Assembly (NCBI RefSeq): GCF_963921235.1
Contig: NC_086098.1
Span: 806,001 to 870,000 of the forward strand
Reading direction: 5' to 3'
Length of the DNA stretch: 64,000 nucleotides
DNA from: Mobula hypostoma
Lineage: Eukaryota
The notes under the pieces were generated by a model that was given only the letters and a program-made list of their open reading frames with translations, had not been told where the DNA came from and made no database searches. The position numbers and the translations under genes are program-made. Position 1 is the first letter of the stretch. Every line of letters starts with the position of its first letter. Positions 34,480 through 47,814 of this stretch are shown here, piece after piece.

Positions 34480-37400
34480 CATCGGGGGAGTGGAGCCCCC
34501 ACTGTGTGGCCTGCCTCGCCGGGGCAGTGCGGGTACCCTCACTGGTTGCTCAATGTCCAAGTGCGCTGGTTTGAGGCAGTCCACTGTAAAAGTCTCTTCC
34601 CGGCCACCCACCTCCACGACACACGTGGCTCCGTTGTGCCGGATCACCTTGAAGGGTCCCTCGCACGGCCGCTGTAGAGGTGACCTGTGCATGCCCCTGC
34701 GAGTAAAAACATACTCACATTCTCAGAGGTCTTTAGGGGTGAAGGATGGCATGGGACCATGCCTGGAGTCAGGACCGGTGCCAGGGTCCCTACCTTGTCC
34801 CGCAGGCTTGTTAGCACCACTGCTGGAGTTTCTTCCGAAACTTGGGCCTCTGGTACGAACTCGCCTGGGACTGTCAGGGGGGCGCCGTAGACCAATTCCA
34901 CCGAGGAGATGTCCAGGTCCTCCTTGGGGGCTGTGCGGATGCCCAGTAGGACCCAGGGAAGCTCATCTGTCCAGTTGAGGCCCCTGAGGCGCACCATCAG
35001 GGCCGACTTGAGATGCCAATGGAATCGCTCTACCAAACCGTCGGACTGGGGATGGTACGCTGTGGTGTGATGCAGCTGGGTGCCCAGGAGCTGCGCCAGT
35101 GCTATCCACAAACTAGATGTGAACTGCGACCCTCTTTTGGAGGTGATGTCTGTTGGGAGGCCAAACCTGGCGATCCAGTTTGCAATGAGTGTCCTGCGCA
35201 GGACTCAGTGGACGTGTCTGTGAGTGGTAGGGCTTCCAGCCATCTGGTGAACCTATCTACCATGGTAAAGATATACCTGGCGCCCTGGGAGACTGGCAGG
35301 GGACCGATGATGTCCACGTGGATGTGTTGGAACCTCCCGTGAGTCGGCTGGAAATGCTGGAGGGGAGCTTCCATGTGCCGCTGGACTGGACTTTGGTGGT
35401 CTGGCAGTGTACGTAGGTCCTGGCCCAGTGTCCAATCTGTTTGCGCAAACCGTGCCAGTTGAATCTGTCCGCTACCAGCTTGATGGACACCTGGATGGAC
35501 GAGTGGGTCAGGTTGTGCAGCGTGTCGAACACCCGGCGCCTCCATGCTGCCGGTACCATGGGTCAGGGTTTGTCGGTAGACACGTCGCAAAGGAGTGGAG
35601 TCAATCCGCTGCCGGGCCGATGGAGATGTCCTCCAAATGAAGCCCTGAAATGGCGGTGCAGTAAGCCGGGATCTCGGTGCCCGACCGTTGTGCTTCTGCC
35701 AGTGCTGTGTACTCTATTCCTGAGGACGATATGCCTACTGAGTGGAGGCAGGGGCGAGACAGTGTGTCGGCGATGACGTTGTTCTTCCCTGCGATGTGGC
35801 GGACGTCTGTGGTGAATTCTGAAATAAAGGACAGGTGCCTCTGCTGCCGAGCTGACCATGGATCTGATACCTTGGCCAGTGCGAAGGTGAGGGGCTTGTG
35901 GTCCGTATTCACGGTGAACTCCCTTCCCTCGAGGACGTATCGGAAATGCCGGAAATGCCGGAAATGCCAGACAGCCGGGTAGAGTGCTAGCATCTCTCTG
36001 TCGAAAGCGCTGTACTTCACCTCTGGTGGCTGTAGGTGCCGGCTGAAGAAAGCGAGTGGTCGCCACTGGTCCTCAACGAGCTGCTCCAGGACTCCGCCAA
36101 CTGCCGTGTCGGAAGCATCGACTGTGAGTGCCGTGGGTACATCAATTCTCGGGTGCACTAGGAGGGCCGCCTTTGCCAGCGCCTCCTTGGCCTGCTCGAA
36201 CGCCTCCGTGGGCTCCGCGTCCCGTGTCGCTTCTTTGGCCTTGCCGGCCATCAGGCTGAACAAGGGTCTCATGATACGTGCCGCCGCCGGCACGAACCGA
36301 TGATAAACATTGACCATCCCTACGAACTCCTGCAGGCCCTTGACCGTGCTGGGCTTGGGGAACTGGCGGATGGCCTGGACCTTGACCGGTAGGGGAACTG
36401 CGCCATGTCGGTTGACTCTGTGGCCCGAACTGGCACTTCGCCGGTTTGATTGCCAGTCCGTGGTCGCTCAGGCGTTGGAAGATCTGGCGCAAATGTGCCA
36501 TGTGCTCTTGGTGCGAACTGCTGGCCACCAGGATATCGTCCAAGTAAATGAAAGCGACATCCAGGCCGTGTCCCACCGAGTCCATGAGCCTTTGGAAAGT
36601 TTGGGCTGCATTCTTGAGACCGACAGGCATCCTCAGGAATTCAAACAAGCCGAACGGGGTGATGAGGGCTGTTTTGGGCACGTTGTCAGGGTGCACTAGG
36701 ATCTGATGGTATCCCCTGACCAGGTCGATTTTCGAGAAGATGGTCGCTCCGTGCAGGTTCGCTGTGAAGTCCTGGATGTGGAGTACCGGGTATCTGTCAG
36801 CGGTTGTGGCGTCGTTGAGCCTTCTGTAGTCTCCGCAGGGCCTCCATCCTCCTGCGGACTTGGGCACCATGTGCAGCGGGGATGCCCACGGGCTGTCTGA
36901 GCGGCGTACGATTTCCATCTCTTCCATCTTACGGAACTCCTCCTTGGTGAGGTGGAGCTTGTTGGGTGGGATCCTGCGAGCTTAGGCGTACAGCAGCAGT
37001 CCTTACGTGGGGATGTGGTGCACGCTGTGCTTGGGGTCGGCCATGGAGAACTGCGGGGTGACTATGAAGGGGAATTCTGCCAACACCCTGGTGAATTCGT
37101 TACCCGAGAGGGTCACGGAATCCAGGTGGAGGGCCGGTAACTTGGCTTCTCCCAGCTGGGAAGTCTGGAACGTCTCGGCGTGGACCAAACGCCGGCCTTT
37201 TAGGTCGACCAGGAAGGCAGTTGGCTCGTAGGAAATCTGCCCCTAATAGTGGCTGTGACACCGCTGCCAACGTGAAAGTCCAAGTGAAACAGCTGGACCC
37301 GAAATGAGATAGCACGCAGGCCGTACGTCCGAATACTGGTGTCATTTGCAGCAGTGAGTTCGGGGCCTGGGACCGCGTTACGAGTGTCCATGTTTGAGGG

Positions 37401-38161
37401 GGGAGTACGCTGACTTCGGCCCCAGTGTCTACCAGGAAGTTCCGCCCGGAGAGCCTTTGTAGCCATTAGCGACGGCTGGCCCCAGCGTTTCCCTGAAAAG
37501 CACATGGTGGACGGCACTAGTGCGCGCCTGAGCCCCATCTTTGGGGATAGAAACACCACTGTTCCGAACTTTGGTCTTTTTGCCCCGTGGGTCTCGTCGA
37601 CTTCGGTTGCAGGGCCTGGGCTTTGGGGCGCGCAATCGTGGCTAGGCCAATGGAGGCTGCTCCACGTTGCTTGCTCTGCCAAAGGACGTCTGCTTTAGCC
37701 GCGACCCTGCGTGGGTTGCTGAAATCCTCACTCGCGAGGAGGAGGTGACTGTCCTCTGGCATTTGCTCGAAGAACAACTGTTCAAATAAAAGGCACGGCT
37801 TATGGCTGTCCATGAGCGCCAGCATATCATTCATGAGCTCAGATGGCATGCGGTCGCCCAGGCCGTCCATGTGTAGGAACTGCGCGGCTCATTCGCGGCG
37901 GGAGAGTCCAAAGGTATGGATCAGGAGCACCTTAAGCTTAATGTACGTGTCCTCTGTTGGTGGCTAGCGTAGGAAGTTGATGATCCGGCCTGCCGTCTCC
38001 TGGTCAAGCGTGCTGACAACGTAGTAGTACCGTGTGGCGTCGGCTGTAATGTCTCTGATATTGAACTGGGTCTCAGCCTGCTTGAACCAAACATGGGGCT
38101 GAGTGGCCCAGAAAGTTGGGAGCTTCAGAGCGACCACGCTGTGCAAGTTGCTCGAACTCAT
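34480..38161 (-). pseudogene. Disrupted gag-pol of the Gypsy element
   Basis: ORF pieces 37964-38161 and 37517-37870 (gag), 36142-36927 (RT), 35601-36317 (RNase H), 35102-35590 and 34644-35111 (integrase). Confidence 0.92.
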
Positions 38162-38202
38162 GGCTGGTCGCTGAGTCGCCGGCTCCAGATGCCGTCTGGA
38201 AT

Positions 38203-38215
38203 GTCGGGGTCACCA
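38203..38215 (-). promoter_or_regulatory. Primer binding site, tRNA-Trp type
   Basis: TGGTGACCCCGAC lies one base inside the 5' LTR and is complementary to the ...GUCGGGGUCACCA 3' end of eukaryotic tRNA-Trp. Confidence 0.85.
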
Positions 38216-38216
38216 A

Positions 38217-38467
38217 TGTAGTCGCGTGCAAACGTGCTACTAAAGAAACACACGGAGGCAGAGAGAGCTGAACTCAGAATGCCTTTACTGATTCAAAATC
38301 GCACACTTAAATTTCCCCTCTCATGGACCCCTGCGACCCACAGGGCAGACGTGACGTCAGACTGTCCCCGGAAGGTACGCCCCGAGCGGATAGTTCCAGA
38401 TGCGCTACCACGTGTCTGCCTGCGGCTCCCGATGGTGGTTCGAGTCCTGTGTGTGCGGGCCGCCACA
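38217..38467 (-). repeat. 5' LTR of the Gypsy element
   Basis: TG...CA ends; immediately followed on the minus strand by the PBS. Confidence 0.95.
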
Positions 38468-40894
38468 AGGTGAACATTTTGGGTCCAGTGACCATAATGT
38501 CATTAGTTTCAAGTTAATTATGGATAAGGATAGGTCTGGTCCTCGAGTTGAGTTTCTAAATTGGAGAAGGACCAATTTTGTGGAAATGAGAAGAGTGGAT
38601 TGGGATAAGTTGTTTTCTGGCAAGGATGTGTTTAGTAAGTGGAAGGCCTTCAAAGGCAAAATTTTGAGAGTGCAGAATTTGCATGTTCCTGCCAGGATTA
38701 AAGGCAAAGTTAACAGGCATAGGGAATCTTGGTTTTCGAGGGATATTGGCAATTTGGTTAAGAAAAAGAAAGAGGTGTATCGCAGGTATAGGCATCAAGG
38801 AACAAATGAGGTACTTGAAGAGTATAGAAAATGTACGAAAATACTAAAGAAGGAAATCAGGAAGGCAAAAAGAAGACATGAGGTTGCTTTGGCAGATAAT
38901 GTGAAGGTAAACCCGAAGGGTTTCTACAAGTATATTAAGAGTGAAAAGATAGTAAGGGACAAAATTGGTCCCCAAGAAGATCAGAGTGGTCGTCTATGTG
39001 TGGACCCTCATGAGATGGGGGAGATCTTAAACAGTTTTTTTGCATCAGTATTTACACGGGTACTGGCATATTGTGCATGGAAGGAAGGGAAACAAGCAGC
39101 AGTGTCATGGAATATATAGAGATTAAAGAGGAGGAGGTGCTTGCTGCCGTACAGTGAACTAAAGGTAGATACATCCCCCGGGCCTGACATGATATTTCCT
39201 CGGACCTTGAGAGAGACTAGTGTAGAAATTGCAGGAGCCCTGGCAGAAATATTTAAAATGTCCTTAGACACGGGTGCGGTGCCGGAGGATTGGAGGGTAG
39301 CTCATGTTGTTCCGTTGTTTAAAAAAGACTCCAAAAGTAAACCAGGTAATTACAGGCCGGTGAGCCTGACATCAATAATAGGTAAATTATTGGAAGGTGT
39401 TCTGAAAGATCGGATATACAAGTATTTGGACAGCCTAGGGCTGACTAAGGATAGTCAGCATGGCTTTGTGTGTGGTAGATCGTGTTTGACGAATCTTGTA
39501 GAGTTTTTCGAGGAGGTTACCAAGAAAGTAGATGAAGGAAAGGCTGTGGATGTTGTCTACATGGACTTTAGTTAGGCCTTTGACAAGGTCCCACGTGGGA
39601 GGTTAGTTCAGAAGGTTCAGACACTAGGTATCCATGGAGAGGTTGTAAACTGGATTCGAAATTGGCTGTGTGGGAGAAGACAGAGTGGTAGTGGATGATT
39701 GATTCTCAGACTGGAGGACTGTGGCTAGTGGTATGCCTTAGGGATCTGTGCTGAAACCATTGTTGTTTGTTGTCTATACCAATGATGCTTTCAAGAAGGA
39801 GCTAGATAGGTATCTTATGGATAGGGGAATCAAGGGTTATGGGGACAAGGCAGGAACCGGGTATTGATGGTAGATGATCAGCCATGATCTCAGAATGGCG
39901 GTGCAGGCTCGAAGGGCTGAATGGTCTACTTCTGCACCTATTGTCTATTGTCTATTATCTAGATGATAATGTGGTAAATTGGATCAGCAAGTATGTTGAT
40001 GACACTAAGGTTGGAGGTGTTGTGGACAGCGAGGAAGGCTTTCAAAACTTGCAGAGGGATCTGGACCAACTGGAAAAATGGGCCAGAAAATGGCAGATGG
40101 AATTTAATATAATCAAGTGTGAGGTGTTGCATTTTGGAAGGACAAATCAGGGTGGGACATACACAGTAAATGGTAGGGCACTGAGGAGTGTGGAGGAACA
40201 AAGGGATCTGGGAGTTCAGATACATAATTCCCTGAAAGTGGTGTCACAGGTAGACAAGGTTGTAAAGAAGGTTTTGGCATCCTGGCATACATAAATCGAA
40301 GTATTGAGTATGGGAGTTGGGATGTTATGGGGAGGTTGTATAAGACATTGGTGAGGCCCAATTTGGAGTATTGTGTGCAGTTCTAGTCACCTAACTATAG
40401 GAAGGATATCGGTAAGATTGAAAGAGTGCAGAGAAGATTTACTAGGAGATTGCCGGGCCTTCAGGAGTTGAGTTACAGGGAAAGATTGAATAGGTTCGTA
40501 CTTTATTCCTTGGAGCATAGAAGAATGAGGGGAGATTTGATAGAGGATTACAAAATTATGAGGGGTATAGACAGAGTAAATGTGAATAGGTTCTTCCACT
40601 TAGATTGGGAGAGATAAATACGAGAGGACATGGTTTTAGGGTGAAAGGGGAAAGGTTTAGGGGGAATTTCTTCACTCAGAGAGTGGTGGGAGTGTGGAAC
40701 GAGCTGCCATGTGACGTGGTAAATGCAGACAGTCTTAAGTTTTAAGAATAAATTGGATAGATACATGGAGATCTGGAGGGTTATGGACTGGGTGCAGGTC
40801 AATGGGACTAGTGGAATAAAGTTTCAGCACAGACTAGAAGGGCCGAATGGCCTGTTTTCTGTGCTGTCGTGTTCTGTGGTTCTATGGTTCATAC

Positions 40895-43460
40895 ACTTCT
40901 CAACATTGTATTTCTTTGACCATTATCCTCATTGTTTAAGTCCTTTGGCAGCCCTCTCTACTTCCCCAAAACCACCTGCCCATCCACCTATCTTCATATC
41001 ATCTGCAAACTTACATAATTTTCTTTCTTTTACCTTCCTCCCTGCTTAAAGAATGGAGTGATATTTGCATGTTTCAGTCCTCCAGGACCATGCCAGAATC
41101 AAGCGATTCTTGAAAAGGTCATGACCAATGCATCCGTTATCCCTTTAGCAACCTCTTTCAGGACTCTGAGATGTAGTCCACCTTAAAACCCTTGAGTTTA
41201 GAAAACATAGAGAAAACATAGAAAACCTACAGCACAATACAGGCCCTTCAGCCCACAAAGCTGTGCCAAACATGGACTTACCTTCGAAATTACCGAGGGT
41301 TACCCATAGCCCTTTATCTTTCTGAGCTCCATATACCTGTCCAGGAGTCTCTTAAAAGACCCTAGTGTATCAGTCTCCACCATCGTTGCCAGCAGCCCAT
41401 TCCAGGCACTCACCACTCTCTGTATAAAAAACTTACCCTGATATCTCCTCTATACCTACTGCCAAGCACTTTAAAACTGTGCTCTCTTGTGCTAGCCATT
41501 TCAACCCCGGAAAAAAGCCTCTGACTATCCACATGATCAATGCCTCTCATCATCTTATACACCTCTATCAGGTCACCTCTCATCCTCCGTCACTCCAAGG
41601 AATAAAGGCCAAGTTCACTCAACGTATTCTCATAAGGCATGCTCCCCAATCCAGGCAACATCCTTGTAAATCTCCTCTACACCCTTTTTATGGTTTCCAC
41701 GTCCTTCCTATCCTATAGTGAGGCAACCAGAACTGAGCACAGTACTCTAAGTGGGGTCTGACCAGGGTCCTATATTACCTCTCGGCTCCTAAACTCAATC
41801 CCACAACTGATGAAGGCCAATGCACCATTTACTTTCTTAACCACAGAGTCAACCTGCGCAGCTGCCTTGAATGTCCTATGGGCTCGGACCCCAAGATCCC
41901 ACTGATCCTCCACTCTGCCAAGAGGCTTACCATTACCTATATTCTGTCATCATATTCGACCTACCAAAATGAACCGCCTCACACTTACCTGGGTTGAACT
42001 CCATAGCACTTTTTCCTTTGTAATAGCAATGGCACTCACTCCTGCTCCCTAACACTCATGGACCTCTAGCACACTGCTAGTTCCTTCCACAGTGAAGACT
42101 GATGCAAAATACTAATTCAGTTTGTCTGCTATTTCGAAGTCCTCCATTACTATCTCTGCAGCATCATTTTCCAGTGGCCTAATATCCACTCTCGCCTCTC
42201 CTTCACAGCTGAAGTATCTGAAGAAATTTTTGGTATCCTCTTTAATATTATTGACTAGCCTAATTACATATTCCATCTTTACCTTCATAATGACTTTTTA
42301 GTTGCATTCTGTTGGTTTTTAACAGCTTCCAAATCCTTAAATTTTCCACTAGGTTTTGCTCTATTATATGCCCTCTATTTGGCTTTGAATTCAGGGTGAC
42401 TTCAATCATATTATGATCACTTTCCCCGAAGGGATATTTTACCTTAAGCTCTTTAATCAATTCTGGTTAATTGCACAACACCCAATTAAGAATAGCTGAT
42501 CCTCTAGTGGGCTTAAACATGTGCTAGTCTAAAAAGCCATCTTGTAGGCACTCCAGAAATTTCCCCACCTGTAATCCAACCTGATTTTTGCAATCTACCT
42601 GCATATTGAAGTCCCCAATGATCATTGTAACATTACTCTTCTGACATGTATTCTCTATCTCAGGTTGTAATCCGTAGGTCGCATTCTTACTACTGTTTGG
42701 GAGTCTGTTTACAACTCCCAGCAGGTCTTTTTACCCCTGCAGTTCCTTAGATCTATCTGCAATGATTCAACACTTTCTGACCCTATATCACATCCTTCTA
42801 ATGATTTGATTTCATTTTTTTACCAACAGAGCAATGCCACCTCTCTGCCTTCCTGACCATCCGTTTGATGCAATGGGTATCCTTGGACATTAAGCTCCCA
42901 GCTATCATCTCTCAGCCGTGATTCAGTGATGCCTCCAACATCATACCTGCCAATCTGCTACTGTGCTGTAAGTTCATCTACCTTCCATATACTGCACGCA
43001 TTCAGATACAACACTTTCAGATCTGTATTCACCCTTTTCAATGTTGTCTGTCTCGTACAGTGCATCTCATCCTGTTTTCTGCAATTTTGCCCTTTTGACA
43101 GTCTCTCCTCACAATGTATTGCCTCTGTTTGCAAACCAGCTACCTCATCTTTAGCACTATTATCCGCCTTTCCTAGAAACATAGAAACATAGAAAACCTA
43201 CAGCACAATACATGCCCTTTGGCCCATAATGCTATGCCGAACATGTACTTACTTCAGAAATTACCTAGGGTTACCCATAGCCCTCTATTTTTCTAAGCTC
43301 CATGTACCTATCTGGGAGTTTCTTAAAAGACCCTATCGTATCTGCTTCCACCACCTTTGTCGGCAGCCCATTCCACGCACTCACTTCTTTCTGTGTAAAA
43401 AACTTACTCTTGGCATCTCCTCTGTACCTACTTCCAAGCACCTGAAAACAATGCCCTCTC
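40895..43460 (-). mobile_element. Old CR1 ORF2 fragments with younger family-B 3' ends at about 41200-42004 and 43175-43460
   Basis: LKVLYLNACSI (APE start near 43000), PFGESDHN, and (TTTCTATG)n tails at 41200 and 43175. Confidence 0.85.
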
Positions 43461-43609
43461 AATGCAAGTTTCCTATGATACCTCCTGCATTGAAATATAG
43501 GACACTAGTTGCACCATGCTCAACTAACTAAGACCATACAACCATAACACATAGGAGCAGAATGAAGCCATTTGACCCATCATCAATTAGAGAGAGGGAG
43601 AGAAGCATA

Positions 43610-45565
43610 AATCACATGTATCCATATCGCAAAGGAATAAAGGGAATTCCAGAGGCATGAGAGAGGAGTTGCCCAGGTGGATTAGAGGGGTATACTGGTG
43701 GGGATGACAGCAAAACAGAAGTGACCGATGTTTCTGGAAATAGTTCACAAGGCGCAGTATAGATATGTCCCACAGAAGAAGTAGTTCTCAAATAACAGAG
43801 CTAGGCAACCATGATTGTCAAGGGAAGTTAAAGACTGCATAAAAGCCAAGGAAAGGGCATATAAGGTAGTAAAAGTGAGTGGGAAGTTGGATGATCAGGA
43901 AGCTTTTAAAATCAAAATGCTATAAGAAGGGAAAAGAGAAAATATGAGGGTAATACTATAGAGCAGGATATTAATATGTTTTTCAGTTATGTAAAGAATA
44001 AAAAAGAGCTGAGAGTTGATATTGGACCACTGGAAAATAATGCTGGTGAGGTAGTAATGGGGAACAAGGAAATGGCAGATGAATTTAATAAATATTTTGT
44101 TTTAGTCTTTGCTGTGGAAGAAGCTAGCTGTATACCAGAGGTCCGAGAGGGTCAGGGAGAAGGAGTGAGTGCCATTGTTATTAGAAAGTCAAAAGTGCGA
44201 GGCAAGCTGAAAGGTTTTGAGGTGGACAAGTCTCTAGGACCAGATAGGCTACATCCCAGAGTCCTGAAAGAGGTTGCTAAAGAGATAACGGATACATTTG
44301 TCATGATCTTTCAAGAATCACTTGATCCTGGCATGGTCCCAGAGGAGTGGAAGATTGCAAATGTCACTCTACTCTTTAAGATGGGAGGAAGACAAAAGCG
44401 AGGAAATTATTGGCCAGTTAGCCTAACCTCAGTGGTTGGAAAAGTGTTGGAGTCTGTTATCATGGAAGATGTTTCAGGATAGTTGGAGACTAATGATAAA
44501 ATAAGTCAAAATCAACATGATTTCTGTCAGGGGAAATCTTGCCTGACAAATCTATTAGAATTCTTCGATGAAGTGACAAGCAAGGTGGACAAAGCAGTGG
44601 ATATCATTTATTTAGATTTTCAAAAGGCATTTGATAAGGTGTCTCACATAAGCTGCTTAACAAGATAAAATTCTGTGGTATTATAGGAAATATACTGGCA
44701 TAGACAGAGAAATGGCTGACAGGCAGGAGGCAGCAAGTGGGAATAAAAAGGACCTTTTCTGGTTGAGTGCCAGTGTCGAGTGGTATTCCTCATGGGTCTG
44801 TACTGGAACTGCTAATTTTCACATTGTTTGTCAGTGATTTAGATAATGGAATTGATGCCTTTGTGGCAAAGCTTGTGGATGATACGAAGACTAGTACGAG
44901 CGGGCACAGTTTTAAGATGCTTGGAAGTAGGTACAGAGGAGATGTCAAGGGTAAGTTTTTTTACGCAGAGAGTGGTGAGTGCGTGGAATGGGCTGCCAGT
45001 GACGGTGGTGGAGGCAGATATGACAGGGTCTTTTAAGGAACTCCTGGATAGGTACATGGAGCTTAGAAAATTAGAGGGCTATGGGTAACCCTATGTAGTT
45101 CTAAGGCAAGGACATGTTCGGCACAGCTTTGTGGGCCGAAGGGCCTGTGTTGGGCTGTAGGTTTTCTATGTTTCTATGAAGACAGGTGGAGGGGTAGGTA
45201 GTGCTGAGGAATCAATGCGATTGCAGCAGGACTTAAGACAAATTGGAAGAATGGGCAAATAAGTGGCAGATGTAATACAGTGTCGGAAAATATATGATAA
45301 GGCATTTCGGTAAAAAGAACAATTGTGCAATCTGTTATCTAAATGGGGAGAAAATTCAAACATCAGAGCTGCAGAGGGACCTAGGAGTCCTCGTGCAAGA
45401 TTCCCAGAAGGTTAATTTACAGGTTGAGTCTGTGGTAAAGAAGGCAAATGCAATGTTGGCATTTATTTCAAGGGGAATAGAATATAAAAACAAGAAAATA
45501 ATGCTGATATTTTATAAAACACTAGTCAGGCCACACTTGGAGTATTGTCAACAGTTTTGGGCCTC
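43610..45565 (+). mobile_element. CR1 ORF2 fragment with nested 3' end of family B (44892-45176)
   Basis: ORFs 43976-44668 and 45294-45581. The insert is flanked by CGAAGAC (44885-44891) and TGAAGAC (45177-45183). Confidence 0.88.
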
Positions 45566-45689
45566 AGCATCACATCCCTGATCTTGTATTCTAAAGTCCT
45601 TGAAATGAATGCTAACATTGCATTTGCCTTCCACACCACCGACTCAACCTGCAAGTTAACCTTTAGGTGTTCTGCACCCTAACAACCCT

Positions 45690-46495
45690 AATGTGAGGTT
45701 ATCCACTTTGGTGGCAAGAACAGGAAAGCTGATTACTATCTGAATGGTATCAAGTTAGGAAAAGGGGAAGTACAACGAGATCTAGGTGTCCTTGTTCATC
45801 AGTCACTGAAAGTAAGCATGCAGGTACAGCAGGCAGTGAAGAAAGCTAATGGCATGTTGGCCTTCATAACAAGGGGAGTTGACTATAGGAGCAAAGAGGT
45901 CCTTCTGCAGTTGTACAGGGCCATGGTGAGACCACACCTGGAGTATTGTGCGCAGTTTTGGTCTCCAAATTTGAGGAAGGACATTCTGGCTATTGAGGGA
46001 GTGCAGCGTAGATTCACAAGGTTAATTCCCGGGATGGCGGGACTGTTGTATATTGAAAGATTGGAGCGACTGGGCTTGTATACACTGGAACTTAGAAGGA
46101 TGAGAGGGGATATGATTGAAACATATAAAATTATTAAGGGATTGGACACACTAGAGGCGGGAAACATGTTCCCAGTGTTGGGGCAGTCCAGAACCAAAGG
46201 CCACAGTTTAAGAATAAGGGGTAGACCATTTAGAACGGAGTTGAGGAAAAACTTTTTCACACAGAGGGTTGTGGTTCTGTGGAATGCTCTGCCTCAGAAG
46301 GCAGTGGAGGCCAATTCTCTGGATTCTTTCAAGAAAGAGATAGAGCTCTTAAAAATAGTGGAGTCAAGGGATATGGGGAGAAGGCAGGAAAAGGGTACTG
46401 ATTGTGGATGATCAGCCATGATCACAGTGAATGGCGGTGCTGGCTCGAAGGGCTGAATGGCCTACTCCTGCACTTATTGTCTTTTGTCGATTGAC
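45690..46495 (+). mobile_element. CR1 3' fragment
   Basis: ORF 45818-46411 contains RPHLEYCAQFWSP and NFFTQRVV; tail TATTGTC-like. Confidence 0.92.
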
Positions 46496-46849
46496 TCTCA
46501 TGTCCCCTTCAATCTCAGATTTTTGAATTGTCTCCCCATATAGAAATCAGTCTGTACTTTTATTTCTACTACCAAAGTGCATGACCATGCATTTTTCAAC
46601 ATTGTATTTCATTTGCCACTGTTTTGCCCACTCTCCTAATCTGTCAGAGTCCACCTGCAGCATTTCTGTTTCCTCAACACTACCTGCCCCTCCACCAATC
46701 TTTGTATGATCTGCAAACTTGGCAACAAAGCCATCATCTAAATCATTGACAAACAATGTGAAAAGTAGCAGTCCCAATACAGCTCTAACAAACCTGCCTG
46801 CAAGGATATTGGTCCCCCTCGGGTTAAGGTGCAACCCACCACTTCTGTA

Positions 46850-47695
46850 CAATTTTCTCTCCTACATGTGTCCTTCTTTGCAGTACTGGAGGATGAGGGT
46901 CGGTTTCTGCTGTACTGAGAGATGTGATTCCTTCTCTACAACAGGCAGATGAGGGTCCATCTCTAGATGGTTGCTATACACGAATGCTCCGGATGTCTCT
47001 TGATGTGAGTTGGCAACAGCACATGATGAATGCTGAGCTCTATATCAACCTACCGATGCTGTCCACTAAAATCGAGGCGAGAAGACTGCAACTAGCGGGG
47101 CACTGTCTACGCCACCCTGAGCTACTGCCAGCCTAGTCATCATATGGGAGCCCAAGCACGGGAGGATGAACCCTGGGTGCCCTCCCAAGACTATGGTCAA
47201 CACACTCCTAGAAGACAGCGGCGCGGCTAATGTGGATGAACTGAACACACTGATGAGGGAGAGGGAGAAGTGGAGAGTCCGTCATCATGCCCGATGCCGG
47301 CCCCCTAGGCCTGAGTCGACATAGTAGTAGTAGTAGTCCATCTCTGCTGTACTGGGAGATGAAGAACCTATCCTGCTGTACTGGGAGATGAGGGTCCTTG
47401 TCTGCTACACTGAGAGAAGTGGGACCTTCACTGCTGTTCTTGGAGATGGGAGTCCTTCTCTACTGTAGTGGGAGGAGTTCCTTCTCAGCTGTATAAGGAA
47501 AGTCCTTTTCTGCTTTACAAGAGATGTCCTTCTCTACAATAGAGAGGTGAGAGTCCTTCATTCCTATACTGGGTGATGAAAATACTTCTCTGTTGTACAG
47601 GGAGATGCGGGTCCTTCTCTCCTACACTGGGAGCTGAGGGTCTAGGTCTGCTGTACTGAGAGATAAGAGTTCTTCTTTGCTGTACTGGGATATGG
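46850..47695 (-). repeat. Second array of the about 29-bp repeat, in opposite orientation to 27260-29285
   Basis: Units GTCCTTCTCTGCTGTACTGGGAGATGAGG are the reverse complement of the first array. Confidence 0.9.
46965..47335 (+). mobile_element. RTE-group LINE 3' end inserted in the tandem array
   Basis: 10-bp TSD GTCCATCTCT (46955-46964, 47336-47345); DGCYTRMLRMSLDVSWQQH...RRLQLAGHCLRH; (TAG)n tail. Confidence 0.82.
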
Positions 47696-47814
47696 TAAGA
47701 AGGCAGGTGTATGGGGTTGAGTGGGATCTGGGATCAGCCATGTTGGAATGCCGTAGCAGGTGCAATGGGTTGAATGACCTAATTCTGCTCCTATGTCTAA
47801 TGGTCTTCTGGTCT

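Larger units (their letters stand above)
34201..38467 (-). mobile_element. Full-length decayed Ty3/Gypsy LTR retrotransposon, CsRN1/Kabuki-like
   Basis: Two 251-bp TG...CA LTRs with TSD AGGC (34197-34200) / AGGT (38468-38471). Domain order is gag (LKLPTFWATQPHVWF), protease (FLVDTGAEVS), RT (WRPCGDYRRLN, YLDD), RNase H (TVDASD, TDHKPL), integrase (HVDIIGPLP, YHPQSDGLVERFH, GPF). Multiple frameshifts. Confidence 0.96.
33777..40890 (+). mobile_element. CR1 ORF2 (family C) split by the Gypsy element and by a 170-bp CR1 3' end at 39787-39956
   Basis: The reading TEVCVG|EHFGSSDHN is rejoined across 34201-38471; RT motifs lie at 39141-40617; tail GTTCTGTGGTTCTATGG. Confidence 0.92.
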
